Positions 50,451 to 63,035 of a stretch of 64,000 bases of DNA are shown here, piece after piece. Source of the stretch: Mustelus asterias (taxonomy: Eukaryota); the NCBI RefSeq assembly GCF_964213995.1, contig NC_135820.1, positions 62,682,001 to 62,746,000 of the forward strand. Direction: 5' to 3'. The translations under genes were made by a program, and so were the position numbers. The notes below the pieces were generated by a model. It saw only the letters and a list, made by a program, of their open reading frames with translations. It did no database searches and was not told where the DNA came from. Numbering within the stretch: the stretch's first letter is position 1; every line of letters starts with the position of its first letter.

Positions 50451-52107
50451 CAAGCCCTCAGATGATGGCAGCATGTAGATGAGGAGAAGACCAAGGATAG
50501 ATCCTCAAGAATTACCAGAGGAAACAATTCAGTGACAGGAATAGCAGCTATTACTGGAGATGCATACGATACATAATAATATAAATAGAACCAAACAAAG
50601 GCATAACATCGGAGAAGAGGTGTTGGAAAAACAGTGCTACACCCATGCTAGGGCTATGGGTATAATAAGCACAGATTTGGAAGGTGACAACACATTCAAG
50701 GACTTTGCGGGGGGAAAAAAAGTTTACAATTTGGGTGGTGGGTGGGAAAGACAGGGAGAGGTCAAGGGAGAGTGTTACGGGCTTTGATGTTGGCCTTTTA
50801 ATTGATCACAACTTTATTCTTCAAGTAACCGGACAAGTAACAGAGTTTTGTTAAACAGCTCTCGCAAGGATGCTGGGAAGCTACAGTTCACATCCCTGTA
50901 GCTAGCCAGAGTGGTGTATTTCAAGATACAAAGGCAATTAAAGTTTTCAAAATCGATTACAAGTAATTAGCATAAACCAATCACAATCACTTCATGCTTG
51001 CTTCATTATAATATCCAATCAGCGTGAAAGCGTAATAGTACAACTTGTTTCTGTATCTGTAGACCATTTCCATTTTCCAGTTACAGATGTCTGATTTATG
51101 TGTTTTGCCAGACTAGTGACCTTGGTGTCTGTCTGTGAAGGCTCTTACAAGAAGACCTTTGTTTTTCAACCTGTGTGATTTTTAAACTCGTGTGACTATT
51201 AACCCTTTCAGAGGGTTTCATGAGAAGGAAATTGCGACAGCTGTTCTGAAAAGGAGGGAGAGAGTCCTTAAGAGAGATTGGTTTGCAATGATTGCGATCC
51301 ACCAATCCTGCTCATTCTCGAACAATTCCAATTGAATTGTCAAGTTTCAGAATCCCTCTGTATTCAAGCTAGAAGTCATTTGCCAAATTAGGAGGTCCTT
51401 GATTCAAAACATAAAAGTAAAATTGTGAACTAAGCATCCATACTTGATTTTACAGAATCCTGTCAGTGTAGGAGCAGTGGAGGGAACACAATACCAAGCT
51501 GCCAACAATGTGTCATCTCCTCAGTACATGTCCTGAGTCTCGCTTTTTGTGTATCCTGCAGAGATTTTAAAAACTAAATCTGTCAGAATCAGCAAGGATC
51601 TTGCAGTAGACTATTTGTTCTTAATGAGAAACACCTTAGTTGAAGATATTTTCGGTTCATACACAGACCCCAGTGAAGAGCACTTCCGCAATTATATCAA
51701 TATCAAGAACGGTTTCTCTCTTTCTAAGGGCAAATCGTTCTTGCCTTATACGCTGTTAAAATTCTGTTTGAAAACCTAGATGATTTACAGTGCATTTAAA
51801 TTCACACTTCCAAATCTTTCTATTCATCCTGATTTGTAGCTTCAGAAATGTAGGACGATCACCACAAAAAATAGATGGAAGTGTGTTCTAGCCAGTTGTA
51901 TTGTGCCTTGCATGTAAGTGAAGTATAATTTTACTTTTGCTCACCGACAAGTAGGGCTAATAATTTCCAAAATTCAATTATGTGTGGTTTATGTTTTTTT
52001 ATTGATTTAATTGGGGATATAAGTGACTGTAATGACTTACCTCAGCTGTGTCCTGTTCCTTGAATCTTATTGATTATCTTCAATGGACCATGAAGAAAAT
52101 GTTTAAA

Positions 52108-52409
52108 ATTTATTTATTAGTCACAAGTAGGCTTACATTAACACTGCAACTAAATTACTGTGAAAATCCCCTAGTCGCCACATTCCGGAGCCTGTTCGGG
52201 TACACTGAGGGAGAATTTAGCATGGCCAATGCACCTAACCAGCACGTCTTTCAGACTGTGGGAGGAAACTGGAGCACCCGGAGGAAACCCGCGCAGACAC
52301 GGGGAGAACGTGCAGACTCCACACAGACAGTGATCCGAGCCGGGAATCGAACCCAAGTCCTTGGCGCTGTGAGGCAGCAGTGCTAACCACTGTGCCACCG
52401 TGCCGCCCC
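52108..52409 (-). mobile_element. V-SINE type B, full length
   Basis: Near-consensus copy. Confidence 0.93.
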
Positions 52410-52570
52410 GTTATATATATTATATAGTGTTATGATTTTCAATCCAGATCTCTGATTGACATTTCAGCCACTTCATCGGGAGAAAATCTAGAATTATCAA
52501 GTGGTGATAAATACCTGTCCATTTCTGCATAGGACATCGGTACATCAAGGTGCCATGTCATTCCAGTACA

Positions 52571-52873
52571 GCTGCCTCACAGCGCCAGTGACCTGGGTTC
52601 AATTTCAGCCTCGGGTCACTGTCTGTGTGTGAATGTTTGCACACATTCTCCAAGTGTCTGCATGGGTTTCCTCCGGGTGCTCCAGTTTCCTCCCATGTTC
52701 CAAAGATGTGTGGGTTAGGTTGACTGGTCATGATAAATTGCCCCTTAGTGTCAGGGGGACTACTAGGGTAAATACATGGAATTACAGGGATAGGGCCTGT
52801 GTAGGGTTGTTGTCAGTGCAGGCTCGATGGGCCAAATGGCCTCCTTCTGCACTGTAGGGATTCTATGATTCTA
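52571..52873 (+). mobile_element. HE1-type V-SINE (type A)
   Basis: V-domain and CR1-like tail. Confidence 0.9.
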
Positions 52874-53181
52874 AGTTTATGAGGGCTGAGGCATTTGTTT
52901 TAAATTTACAGAGAATTGTACAAAAAGGCCTGGAAAGGACCATTGTGTCCTTTCAAGCCTTTCCCATCTTAATACAGCTGCAGCACTGACCCACAAAGCA
53001 ATCTGCAAAAAGCCAGAAGGAAAACAATTGCAAGCAATTCAGGAAAAACTCGGAAATTCCTCCCCGATTCAATGGACCAGGTTTGTCCAGCCTGTTCTGC
53101 GAAGGGCCACATTCCAATTGTTTTCTCACTCAAGGGGCTGATGAACAAATTTTGAAAGGATAAGGTTTGGTGCAACATTGA

Positions 53182-53619
53182 ACATGAATTTCAAAAAAAA
53201 TGTTGAAGTTTGAAGAAAAGCAACAACTTGCTGAGCAAAAATAAAGCAATGTCAAAACATTAAATTGATATTTTTTAAATTAGTAATTAATAAAGATGGC
53301 CATTTGAGAGTCAAATTGTGCTCCTCTGGCCCTTTCCCTTTGCTCTCTCTCTCCACTTGGCCGTTGCTCTCTCTCTCTCTGGTCAATCATCGGGGAGAGT
53401 GCATGACTACTTACCAGGGAGGGACAGTGACTACCGAGTGGGGAGAGAGCGACTGGGAGTGGGCCAGCCAAACATAATTTGACCCTCAAATGGTCTTCTC
53501 TGTTAATTACTCATTTTAAATATATCTATCGATTTATTGCTCTGACATTGCTTTATTTGTGCTCAGCAAGTTGTTTCTTTCCCTGAAACCTCCACCTTTG
53601 CTCTTTAAAACTCACAAGT
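53182..53619. repeat. Long imperfect palindrome (fold-back)
   Basis: ACAACTTGCTGAGCAAAAATAAAGCAATGTCA / TGACATTGCTTTATTTGTGCTCAGCAAGTTGT and CCATTTGAGAGTCAAATT / AATTTGACCCTCAAATGG pair symmetrically. Confidence 0.85.
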
Positions 53620-53992
53620 GATTCTATAAACAGCAAATACAGGAGAGAAACAGCCTCTGATTAGAGGACAGGAACTTACAGAACCTTCTCACTTACTCCC
53701 GGGCATTTTAAACACGGGCTCCATGGGTCAGCTAGAAACGTGTTGTGACCCACAGCCTGCAGGGCAGACAAGACTGCCCTAGACCAATCAAGTCAGACAA
53801 GTGCAGGAAGTCATCACCGCTGATACTTCTATCTACCTAGTGACTTACCCTTAATCCCACCTTATCCACCACCTTAAGCTCCAGAAGTCTCTCTCTAAAC
53901 TTTTCTTGCTTCTGTGCCTCTCATCCTTTAAGTGGTTTCTTAAAACCCACCACTTTGACTAAGCTTCTGTCATTGTCCTATTGTACTAATGT

Positions 53993-54480
53993 CACAAGAA
54001 ATAGGAGCATGACAAGGCAATATGGTCCATCAGGCCTGCTCCATCATTCAATAAAATCATGGCTGATTTGATTATGGCCACAACTCCAGTTTTCTGCCTG
54101 TCCACCCAACGCTTGACTCCTTGGTCAATCAAAATCCTGTCTAATTCAGCTATGATTATATTAAATATCCCAACCTCCACTTCCCTCTGTCGGAAATAGT
54201 TCTAAAATCTAATGACCCTCTGAGGGAAGAAATTCTCTTCATCTCTATCTTCGATGAGAGAACCCTTATTTTTAAACTGCGCACCCTCGTTCTAGATTCC
54301 TCCATGAGGGCAAACATCCTTTCAGCATCTACCCTATCAAGCCACCTCAGAATCGTATCTATTTCAGTAAGATCACCTCTTATTCTTCTGAACTCTGATG
54401 AGTATAGGCTGACCCATTCAACATTTCCACCTAAAACAAACCCTTCATCAGGGAAATCAGCTTGTTGAACCCTCAATGCA
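53993..54480 (-). mobile_element. Old CR1 3' fragment
   Basis: EFRRIRGDLTE...LDRVDAERMF...ESRTR motif. Confidence 0.8.
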
Positions 54481-54540
54481 AGTGTAGTGTTCAATGGTTT
54501 AATATTGTCCTATGTTTGGTTCATCTGGTTCACTGATCCT

Positions 54541-55066
54541 TGGTTGGCACTGCTGCCTCACAACGCCAGGGACCTGGGTGCAATTCCCAGCTTGGGTCAC
54601 TGTCTGCGGAGTCTGCACGTTCTCCCCGTGTCTGCGTGGGTTTCCTCCGGGTGCTCCGGTTTCCTCCCACAGTCTGAAAGATGTGCTGGTCAGGTCCATT
54701 GGTCATGCTAAATTCTCCCTCAGTGTACCCGAACATGCGTCAGAGTGTGGCGCCTAGGAGATTTTCACCATAGCTTAAGTTTTTTTTTAGCGTCACATGT
54801 AGGCTTACATTAACACCCAATGCACCTGACCAGCACATCATTTGGACTATGGGAGGAAACTGGAGCACCCGGAAGAAACTCACGCAGACATGGGAAGAAC
54901 ATGCAGACTCTACACAGACAGTGACCCAAGCTGGGAATCAAACCCAGGTCCCTGGCGCTGTGAGGCAGCAGTGCTAACCACTGTGCCACAATGCTGCTCA
55001 TTGCAGTGTTCACTGCAGTGTTAATATAAGCCTATTTGTGACACTAATGAATAAACTTTAAACTTT
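54541..55066. mobile_element. Type B V-SINE (+) with an antisense type B V-SINE (~54775-54996) inserted in its tail
   Basis: The + copy tail breaks at TTTTCAC and resumes at TCATTGCAGTG (54997). Confidence 0.85.
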
Positions 55067-55996
55067 GTACACATGCTTAATTGCTTAAGCCTATGGGTGG
55101 AGCTAGAGAATTAAGCACTGACGCCAGACTGGGAATGTTCCCAAAAGGATCTAGTATATAGCAAAGATCTGTGTTGAAAATCCTGAAAGTTCTGAGGTGT
55201 TTTAAAGTATGATAAATAAAGGGCGAAACTCTCCCAAGTGCCCACAGCCAAGTTCAATGGTGGACAGGGGGGATAGCATATGGTGGGAAGCCCAGAAACC
55301 GGTTTCACACCAGCATGAATTGACAGCGGAATCTTCTGCTGGTGCCCACCATGATGACGGGCTCTATGCCGTCCAGGCCAGCCCCACCACAGAACATAGC
55401 ATGAAACACCTGAGTGCATTATGAATGAGATCGGGGCTGGAAGATTTGGAATGTTTTCCCAACGGCCTCTGCAGCGGGAAACACTCCACATTCCTCCCCC
55501 TGTTAGTCTGTATCGAACTGCGAGTCCATGCATGTCTGTGCGTGCGCACGAAAGCATTTTATTATTTTACTTAGACTGATTTGATTGCAATAAAAACTCT
55601 TTACTTGTTAAAACTCAACTGATAACAGTTAAATTGAATTGGACAATTTGAGCATGCGAAAAAGGGGGGGGAGCCATCCTCCCCTCCTCACCTGGTTGTA
55701 GCAGAACCGTATTTCATTTATTGTCATTATCAGGAGCTTCCTCCATACATCAGCAACGCCGTGGATGAAGAATTAGAGGGTGACTTACTCTGGGCTTTTC
55801 CTGTTCCACCATTGTAATTTTGGGGAGAGCAGGTTTACATGCATAAATTGGGTTTGCACCAAATTTCAAATGAAGTTATGGTGGCAGAGTAGAAACCTCA
55901 AGGAAAGTGCATTTGGAAGATAGAGATTACATAGGAAAAATATGGAGCAAGAGAACGCAGTATGCAATAGGCAAGGATGGACTGCTCTTTCCGGGT

Positions 55997-57289
55997 TACT
56001 AACCATGTTACTCATCTAACATTTTAATCATTACCAATTAAACAATCAGAGTCTCTGTGATCTTACGGGAAACTTACTCAAGAGTGATCATGCACCCTTT
56101 TCCAATCTCTCCCACAACTTTCTGTTTAAATCTCTTAAATTAGGCTTCTACTTCTGTAGCAGGACTGAAATGGCCCTACTCAGAGTCACAAAAAACAGAA
56201 TCTGCCACTGTGACTGTGATACATTATCTCCCCTTGATTTCTCAATAGTCTATGACCTAGTCACCAGTACTTTTTTTATTCTTAGCCGTGCCTAGTTCCG
56301 GTTCCGATTCAGCCTTAGCCATTTGACATGTGATCCTGCGAATTATTCGAAACCTTGGGCAGGTTCATAGTGAATAAGTGAATTAAATGCTTGCATAAAT
56401 ATTTATGATTAGTTCCTTAGGTCCATTGGGAAAAAGTAAATGGATCAACCTGCCACTAAAATTGGGGAGGCATGTCCAGTTCCCAGTTAAATTAAAATGC
56501 AATTGTTTAAAGGACAAATAATGAATAGAAGTGCAGCAAAACTAATTATCAAAAGAAAGTGAAAATATGGGATACAAATGAATGCATTCTATGACCATTC
56601 AATAAAATTGATTGAATCCAGTCAACAGTTTGTAGCCTGAAGAAGATTTATAACAACCTGCAATTGAATCTTTATCTTGCGTTGAAATGAAAGGACATTT
56701 TACTTGCAGCCAGACTATTTTTGTATGGCTTATGCTATCTTGCATTACCATTATCAACTTTGCATTCATGCCAAGGCTTATGCAGCTTTGGCCTCTGAAG
56801 CTCTAATGAGGGGAACTGTAAGAGCAGAACATGCTCTAAGAAGTGTTTTCTCTTGACTTGGAGCGAGTGACTCGAAACATTAACATCAACTGAAAGCTAG
56901 GCTTAATGGAGGAAACAAGTGAAATGGAAACACCACCACTGAGATGTCTCATAGCTAATGACTAGTATCAAGATCAAGATATGTAGTCATGCAATGTGAA
57001 ACAAAAAAATGTGAAAAATGAATCGCAAAGTGAATACTAACCATGTTAGTCATCCAACATTTTAATCATTGCCAATTAAATAATCAGAGTCTTTGTGATC
57101 TGACAGGAACCTCAGGAGTGACCGTTCACCCTTTTCCAATCTCTCCAGCAACTTCCTGTTTAAATCTCTTAAATTAGGCTTCTACTTCTGCAGCAGGCAT
57201 GAAACTGCCCTAATCAACATTACAAAGAACATAATCTGCCACTGTGATTGTGATACATTATCTCCCCCGATTTCTCAAGAGTCTATGAC
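55997..57289 (+). repeat. Diverged direct duplication (55997-56256 and 57035-57289)
   Basis: Both copies begin TACTAACCATGTTA and end GTCTATGAC and are collinear throughout. Confidence 0.85.
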
Positions 57290-57690
57290 ATGCTCATCAA
57301 TATTCTCCTCCACTATTCATTATGGTTTGTCTACTCTTGCACGATTCCATTCTTCCCTATCTGATCATAATCAGAGCATCTTTAACAGTACATTTTCTTC
57401 CCATGCTACACCCTTACTTCCTGAGTTCCTCAAGGATCTTTCCTTGGTCCATTCCATTCCCCCTCATTGCCTCAGGACAAGCTACATTGTTTACACACTT
57501 GGCCTCCTGATGAACCCCGAACTGCGTTTCCCCGTGCTTTGGAATTTCCTCTTTAAAATTCTTCGCCTCTTCATTCCCTTTTCTCTTTAAAGATGCTCCT
57601 CAAACCTTATCTGTTTGGTCTCCTCCTAATATCTCTTCCTTTTGGATGGGAACCCACTTTTGGCTTATGATTCAGTGAAGTGTTTTGCAA
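57130..57690 (+). mobile_element. Degraded L2 LINE
   Basis: ETALI.IT and GAGTTCCTCAAGGATC (VPQGS), LWNFL relics. Confidence 0.5.
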
Positions 57691-57736
57691 TGTTGGATGG
57701 AGAATCGAACCTGAGCCAAGTTTTGATTTTTAAAAA

Positions 57737-58099
57737 ATTTATTATTGTCACATGTATTAACATACAGTGAAAAGTATTGTTTCTTGCGCACTATACAGAC
57801 AGAGCATACCGTTCATAGCGAAGGAAACAAGAGAGTGCAGAATGTAGTGTTACAGTCATAGCTAGTGTGTAGAGAAAGATCAACTTAATGCAAGGTAAGT
57901 CCATTCAAAAGTCTGACAGCAGCAGGGAAGAAGCTATTCTTGAGTCGGTTGATATGTGACCTCAGACTTCCGTATCTTTTTCCAGATGGAAGAAGGTGGA
58001 AGAGGGAATGTCCGGGGTGTGTGGAGTCCTTAATTTTGCTGGCTACTTTGCCGAGGCAGCGGGAAGTGTAGACAGAGTCAATGGATGGGAGGCTGGTTT
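57737..58099 (-). mobile_element. Rex1/Babar-like LINE 3' fragment
   Basis: Highly similar to 17755-18115. Confidence 0.88.
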
Positions 58100-58299
58100 T
58101 CGAACTGGACTCCTCAAAACTCCTTGCCAATGATATCAGGTTGTCTGGCAAGCCTGCCAATGCACCAAGCTTGCCTGCTCATCAGTGTTCTCCTATTGGC
58201 CAGCGCATCAAAGTCCTCATCTGACTCCCCTGTAGAAGAAACTGTCTGTGACTTTACCCTATGGGTAGCTGGCAAGCAAACGACCTTTCCCCACTAAAA

Positions 58300-58688
58300 T
58301 AAAAGTTAAATATTGCAGATGCTGGAAATCTGAAATAAAAATAGAAAACACTGGAAAAACTCAACATCTGTAGAGGAAGAAACAGAGTCAGCGTTTTGAG
58401 TTTGTGTGACTCTTCATCAGAGCTGAAGAGAGGTAGAAATGTGGTGGATTTTATACAGTTGAAGAGGACGAAGCGAAATAGAAGGTCAGGGATATAGGTG
58501 GGAGCTCGGGAGCGATTTAATAAAGATATTATGGACAAACAACAAAGGGAGCATTAATGTTAGTGTTAAAGATTAAAGAAGGTGCTAATAGAGGCATTGA
58601 GGTCAGTTAGCAGAAGAAGATCAAAATACAGGACAGAGTTCATTGTTTGAAGTTGTGGAACTCAATATCAAGTCCAGAAGACTGTAGA
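58300..58688 (-). mobile_element. Penelope-like fragment with hammerhead-like core
   Basis: GATGCTGGAAATCTGAAATAAAA repeat shared with 6476-6552, 16695-16765 and 49175; CTGATGA core on the - strand. Confidence 0.6.
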
Positions 58689-59938
58689 GGGCGTAATTGG
58701 AAGATTAGTCAGGCTTGTAGCCCACTCATGCCTGACCATGTGGTGATCCCAACCCTATACTCCCTTACAAGGTACACACTAATGTCTGGATCTGAGGTGA
58801 TGGCAATGAAGGCGCTTCTTCACCAGAGGTGTGGTGAAGCCATCGTCCTTCCTTATGGGGCTGACGGTGGCTGACTAGGTACTAGTTCTTAGATATCTGA
58901 AGTATCAAATCAAAAGACGACACTTGGGGTAATGAAAGTGGGTCGGGTGTGAGGTAAGTGTTCCATAACCACACCATCTACAACTTACGCTTCATGCTAG
59001 ATAGCAGGATGAGAGTGAGGTGGGATTTGAGAAAAAGCTATAAGGAAGGTAAATACCATCACCTTCCATGTTCTCAATGATGCAGTATCTTCAGTCGCAG
59101 CCAGCCAACAGATTCTGGACACAGTTTGCTCCAGCAAGTTTGGATGAAACAGCGTGTCTGTTCCCTGCCAGAGGTTACAGATCACCTTGCCTTGGAGGGA
59201 AGAGCGTCACTGAGTATATTACAGTGGTGTTGGCTGTGCTTGCCATTGCCAAATAACTAAAGGTATGTGGAAGCTGTGAGAGGTGGGTGGGAATCTGGCA
59301 TCGGTGGGGAATATGTGAAGGCGAGTGGAGCAACTGGATGTTCAGCCTGTGGGGTGCTGATGCATGAGTGGGGTGGGTGTATTGAACAACATGAAAGGTT
59401 GGTGGTACAATGGGTGGCAGATAACTTCTGAAGACATTGACCACCTGCATCAGGTCATTGAGTTTCTTGCAGTACAAACATCCAGGTTGTCAGGCCAGAT
59501 TTTGGGAATTCACCATGCTGGCCACTTTCTCCCATTCCCTTCTCAGGCCATTCCTTGAGGGCTTTCTGACCCCTAGCGGAAACATGGCCTCACTCCTTCT
59601 TGACAAAAGCCTTCAGCACCACATGCGAGAACCTAGGAACTCTCTCTTGCCTGTTGCTCTCGTTGGAGTACTTCTCCTTACGTCCACTAGCACCAGAGGC
59701 AGTCAGCAGTGGTTTCTGTGTATTGGGTGCAGTTCCTCTATAAGAAAGACAGGCTGCCTTTCAGAGGCACAGGTTAACTAAAGCATGTGCTAGCCATGCA
59801 TGCAGCCATTATCCCTGTTGAGCATTCACCCAGCCAACAACATGTTTGCACACTGCCTGCCTGAACAGGACTGAGAGTGGACTGATTGCAAATCACGAAC
59901 CTCACGCCCGAAAATGGGAGTGATCCAATTTTTAGTCC
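58689..59938. mobile_element. Degraded Harbinger-type element with Myb/SANT gene relic
   Basis: Weak TIR-like ends GGGCGTAATTGGA / TCCAATTTTTAGTCC; internal Myb/SANT-like coding relic. Confidence 0.5.
59441..59650 (-). pseudogene. Harbinger Myb/SANT-like (trihelix) DNA-binding protein relic
   Basis: Reads QERVPRFSHVVLKAFVKKE* / MFPLGVRKPSRNGLRREWEKVASMVNSQNLA*QPGCLYCKKLNDLMQV. Carries the PRFS...W..VA..VN...C.KK.NDL signature, with stops and a frameshift. Confidence 0.7.
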
Positions 59939-60423
59939 ATTGTCTATATGAGAGGTTTTACATCAATTCAAGTTGTTGTTGAATTTCCTTTCAGAAACAG
60001 TGTAAAAGGGGCCATTTTACATGTCTTCCAGTTTTCATTTGGAAGTACAGGTCAGAGTGATCTATAATGGCAGCTAATCCAATATCATCTCTTTTACACT
60101 AACGAACAAAGTCAAAATCATGCTCGTTGTATCCTGAGTGAATTACGTTTGCTTTGTACTTGGCTACGCTGACACTGATGGAAACAAGTACATTGTAACC
60201 TTCAACTGCTCTCCTCCAGGCTACTGTCACTGGCCATTCTTTGGTCATTATTTATAAGGAAGGCTACTTCTGTTGTCCATGATTTAGTCGCTTCTCAGGT
60301 AGTTGAGATGGCTTCATTGTCAAACAGCGGGCATGGATTGACTTGCACTGTGACCCTTTCAAAATACAGTCAAATCCTGTTGTTGGCGACCTCTCTGCCA
60401 TGAATTTGTTTACCTGCGCAAAT

Positions 60424-60742
60424 CTTAGAATTCCTACAGTGCAGAAGGAGGCCATTTGGCCCATCAAACCTGCACCAACAACAATCCCCCCCCAGGTCCC
60501 ATCCCCATACCCCATGTATTTACCCTGCTGATCCCCCTGAGACAAAGGGTCAATTTAGCATGGCCAATCAACCTAACCCGCACATCTTTGGACTGTGGGA
60601 GGAAACTGGAGCATCCAGAGGAAACCCACGCAGAGACAGGGAGAACGTGCAAACTCCACATAGACAGTTACCCGAGGCCGGAATTGAACCTGGGTCCCTG
60701 GCACTGTGAGGCAGCAGTGCTAGCCACTGTGGCACTATGCCG
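60424..60742 (-). mobile_element. HE1-type V-SINE (type A)
   Basis: Head, V-domain, tail. Confidence 0.9.
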
Positions 60743-61877
60743 CAAATGTACTTGTAGACATAATCGTGGTTTGCGGCCCCAAAACGTCACTCACCCAAGA
60801 GTTAGAATGTTGAACTCTCATCTTCCCTGCGTCATTCCCACTCTCATGTAGAAAGCGCGTACTGCGCATGTGCCAACTCTGTGCGTGTGCAAGTTTGCCA
60901 TTTGCAATTTGATGCTTGGCAAGTATTTGTGGGAACAGAACCCCTGCGAAAGGTGGGAATGGGCTTCATTCTCCATTCTTATGACTGTGAATAACAGCAG
61001 CTGAAACATGCTATTATTTAGTGCCTTAAACAAAGTAAAACATCACAAGATGCTCCAGAGGCATGAAGATATTTTGCCAAAGAAGAGAAGACTAGTTGGC
61101 GTGATTGAAGCTTACATAGTGGGCCAAAGCATCCGGTCTACAGATGTGCGTCAGGACCTTATGGAAGTCCTGATGTACAGAGCTCCATGGGAACTTCCCA
61201 GGAAGTTTTAAATTCCAATGGGAAATACCCCTGTTCCCTGGGACCCTCTGCGAATGTCTCTGATTCTGAGTTAAGGGTCAGAGACTTCGGACAGCTCCAC
61301 ACCACCTACCTGGATAGTTACACCAGTGGTCTAACATCTGGGTAACTAACACAGCTGACAGCTGCCCACTGCCTCCCCCCCCCCCACCCCGCCCCCCGAC
61401 TTTCTGACCCAATCGACCTGACTACCCTCTGACCTGACTAGCCCTCACGACCTGGCTCAATTATGCCCCCGATCCGACCCAATGACTATCACCTCACCGA
61501 GCTACACTCCGAACTGAACTGATGACCCACAACCAATCACCCACTCACCCACCTTACCCATCTTACCCATTCACTCACTAACCCATTCACTCATCCATTC
61601 ACTCACGTTCAAAAGTTGGACATTACCATATCACAGGTTGAGTGCAGTGACTGGCAAAGGCTAGATGCCAGAGTTAGAAGATCAGAACCTCAGTTGTAGG
61701 ACTGGAGGAGGTTACAGAGATTGATAGGGCCAGACTATGGTGGAATTTAAGGACAAGTACAACAATCGAGATCTTGAAATGTTGGGAGACTAGGAGCCAC
61801 TGTCGGTCAACGCAAATGGGATAATAGCTGAATGGGAGCTGTTGTGGGTTTGGATAGCATCAGTAGAGTTTTTTTTC

Positions 61878-62174
61878 AATAATTAGTGTCACAAGTAGCC
61901 TTGCATTAACACTGCAATCAGGTTATTGTGAAAATCCCCTAGTCGCCACACTCCGGCACCTGCTCAGGTACATTGAGAGAAATTTAGCATGGCCAATGCA
62001 CCTAACCAGCACGTCTTTCGGACAGTGAGAGGAAACTAGAGCACCCGGAGGAAACTCACGCAGACATGGGGAGAATGTGCAGACTCTGCGTCGATAGTCA
62101 CCCAAGCCGAAAATCGAACCTGGATCCTTGGCGCTGTGAGGCAGCAGTGCTAACCACTGTACCACCATGCTGCC
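61878..62174 (-). mobile_element. V-SINE type B
   Basis: Head, V-domain, type B tail. Confidence 0.9.
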
Positions 62175-62567
62175 ACACACAGCTAACAGCCATCCAACAT
62201 CTGGAGGTCTACGTAGTGAAAATTATTTTGGATAATTTTTTTCTCTTTGCTGCTTGCTTCAAGGCAAAGGAAATGTTTGATTTCCTTTATGAAATGTATT
62301 TTTGAAATATTAGGTCAACCTTTGCTTCCAGTGTTTTGGGTGCCTGTGGGCTTTTGCTGTGCACCTCTGCTTTGCTGTTGTTTTGGAGACAAATTGTTTT
62401 AATGAGTATTCAGATAAAGCCATGCATCGTTGACATAGAATCAGGCATGTTAAGTGCATTCATTACAAGAAGGATGTGTTTGATTAGTTGTAAATTGAGT
62501 TGCAGCATCTTGCAGTAGAATATAGTGGAAAATACAAATTGTCTCAGGGAAAATTTTCCACCATACT

Positions 62568-62860
62568 GGGCGGTATGGTGGCACAGTGGTTAGCATTGCT
62601 GCCTCACAGCGCCAGGGAACTGGGTCCGATTCTGGGCTTGGGTCACTGTCTATACGGAGTGTGCACATTCTACCCGTGTCTGCGTGGGTTCCCTCTGGTT
62701 TCCTCCCACAGTCTGAAAGATGAGCTGGTTAGATGCATTGGCCATGCTAAATTTCCCTCAGTGTACCCAAACAGGCGCCGGAGTGTGGCGACTATGGGAT
62801 TTTCACAGTAATTTCATTGCAGTGTTAATGTAAGCCTACTTGTGATGCTACTAAATAAAC
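62568..62860 (+). mobile_element. V-SINE type B
   Basis: Head, V-domain, type B tail. Confidence 0.9.
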
Positions 62861-62906
62861 AAAAAAGGTCACAAAATTAGTTTTAAATGCATTGAAAAAA
62901 ACTCAA

Positions 62907-63035
62907 GGATGGAATTTTTCCTTCCCCCCTGCCATGTGGATCGTAGCGGATGGGGTGGAGGTGGACCATGTCAAGATCCATCGACCTCGGCGGGATGTTC
63001 CGGTTTTGGGGCGAGCGCGGCCGGAAAATCCCTCC
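62907..63035. mobile_element. Harbinger-type MITE
   Basis: GGATGGAATTTTTCC / GGAAAATCCCTCC; flanks CAA/TAA. Confidence 0.6.

Larger units (their letters stand above)
49080..50700 (-). mobile_element. Fragmented L2 LINE with nested insertions
   Basis: LGPKFWNFL and GGATAGATCCTCAAGAATTACC relics; interrupted by Penelope-like, MITE and CR1-tail pieces. Confidence 0.5.

Noticed and set aside
51549-51779. 76-aa ORF after an acceptor-like site
   Set aside because: No homology recognised and no convincing donor.
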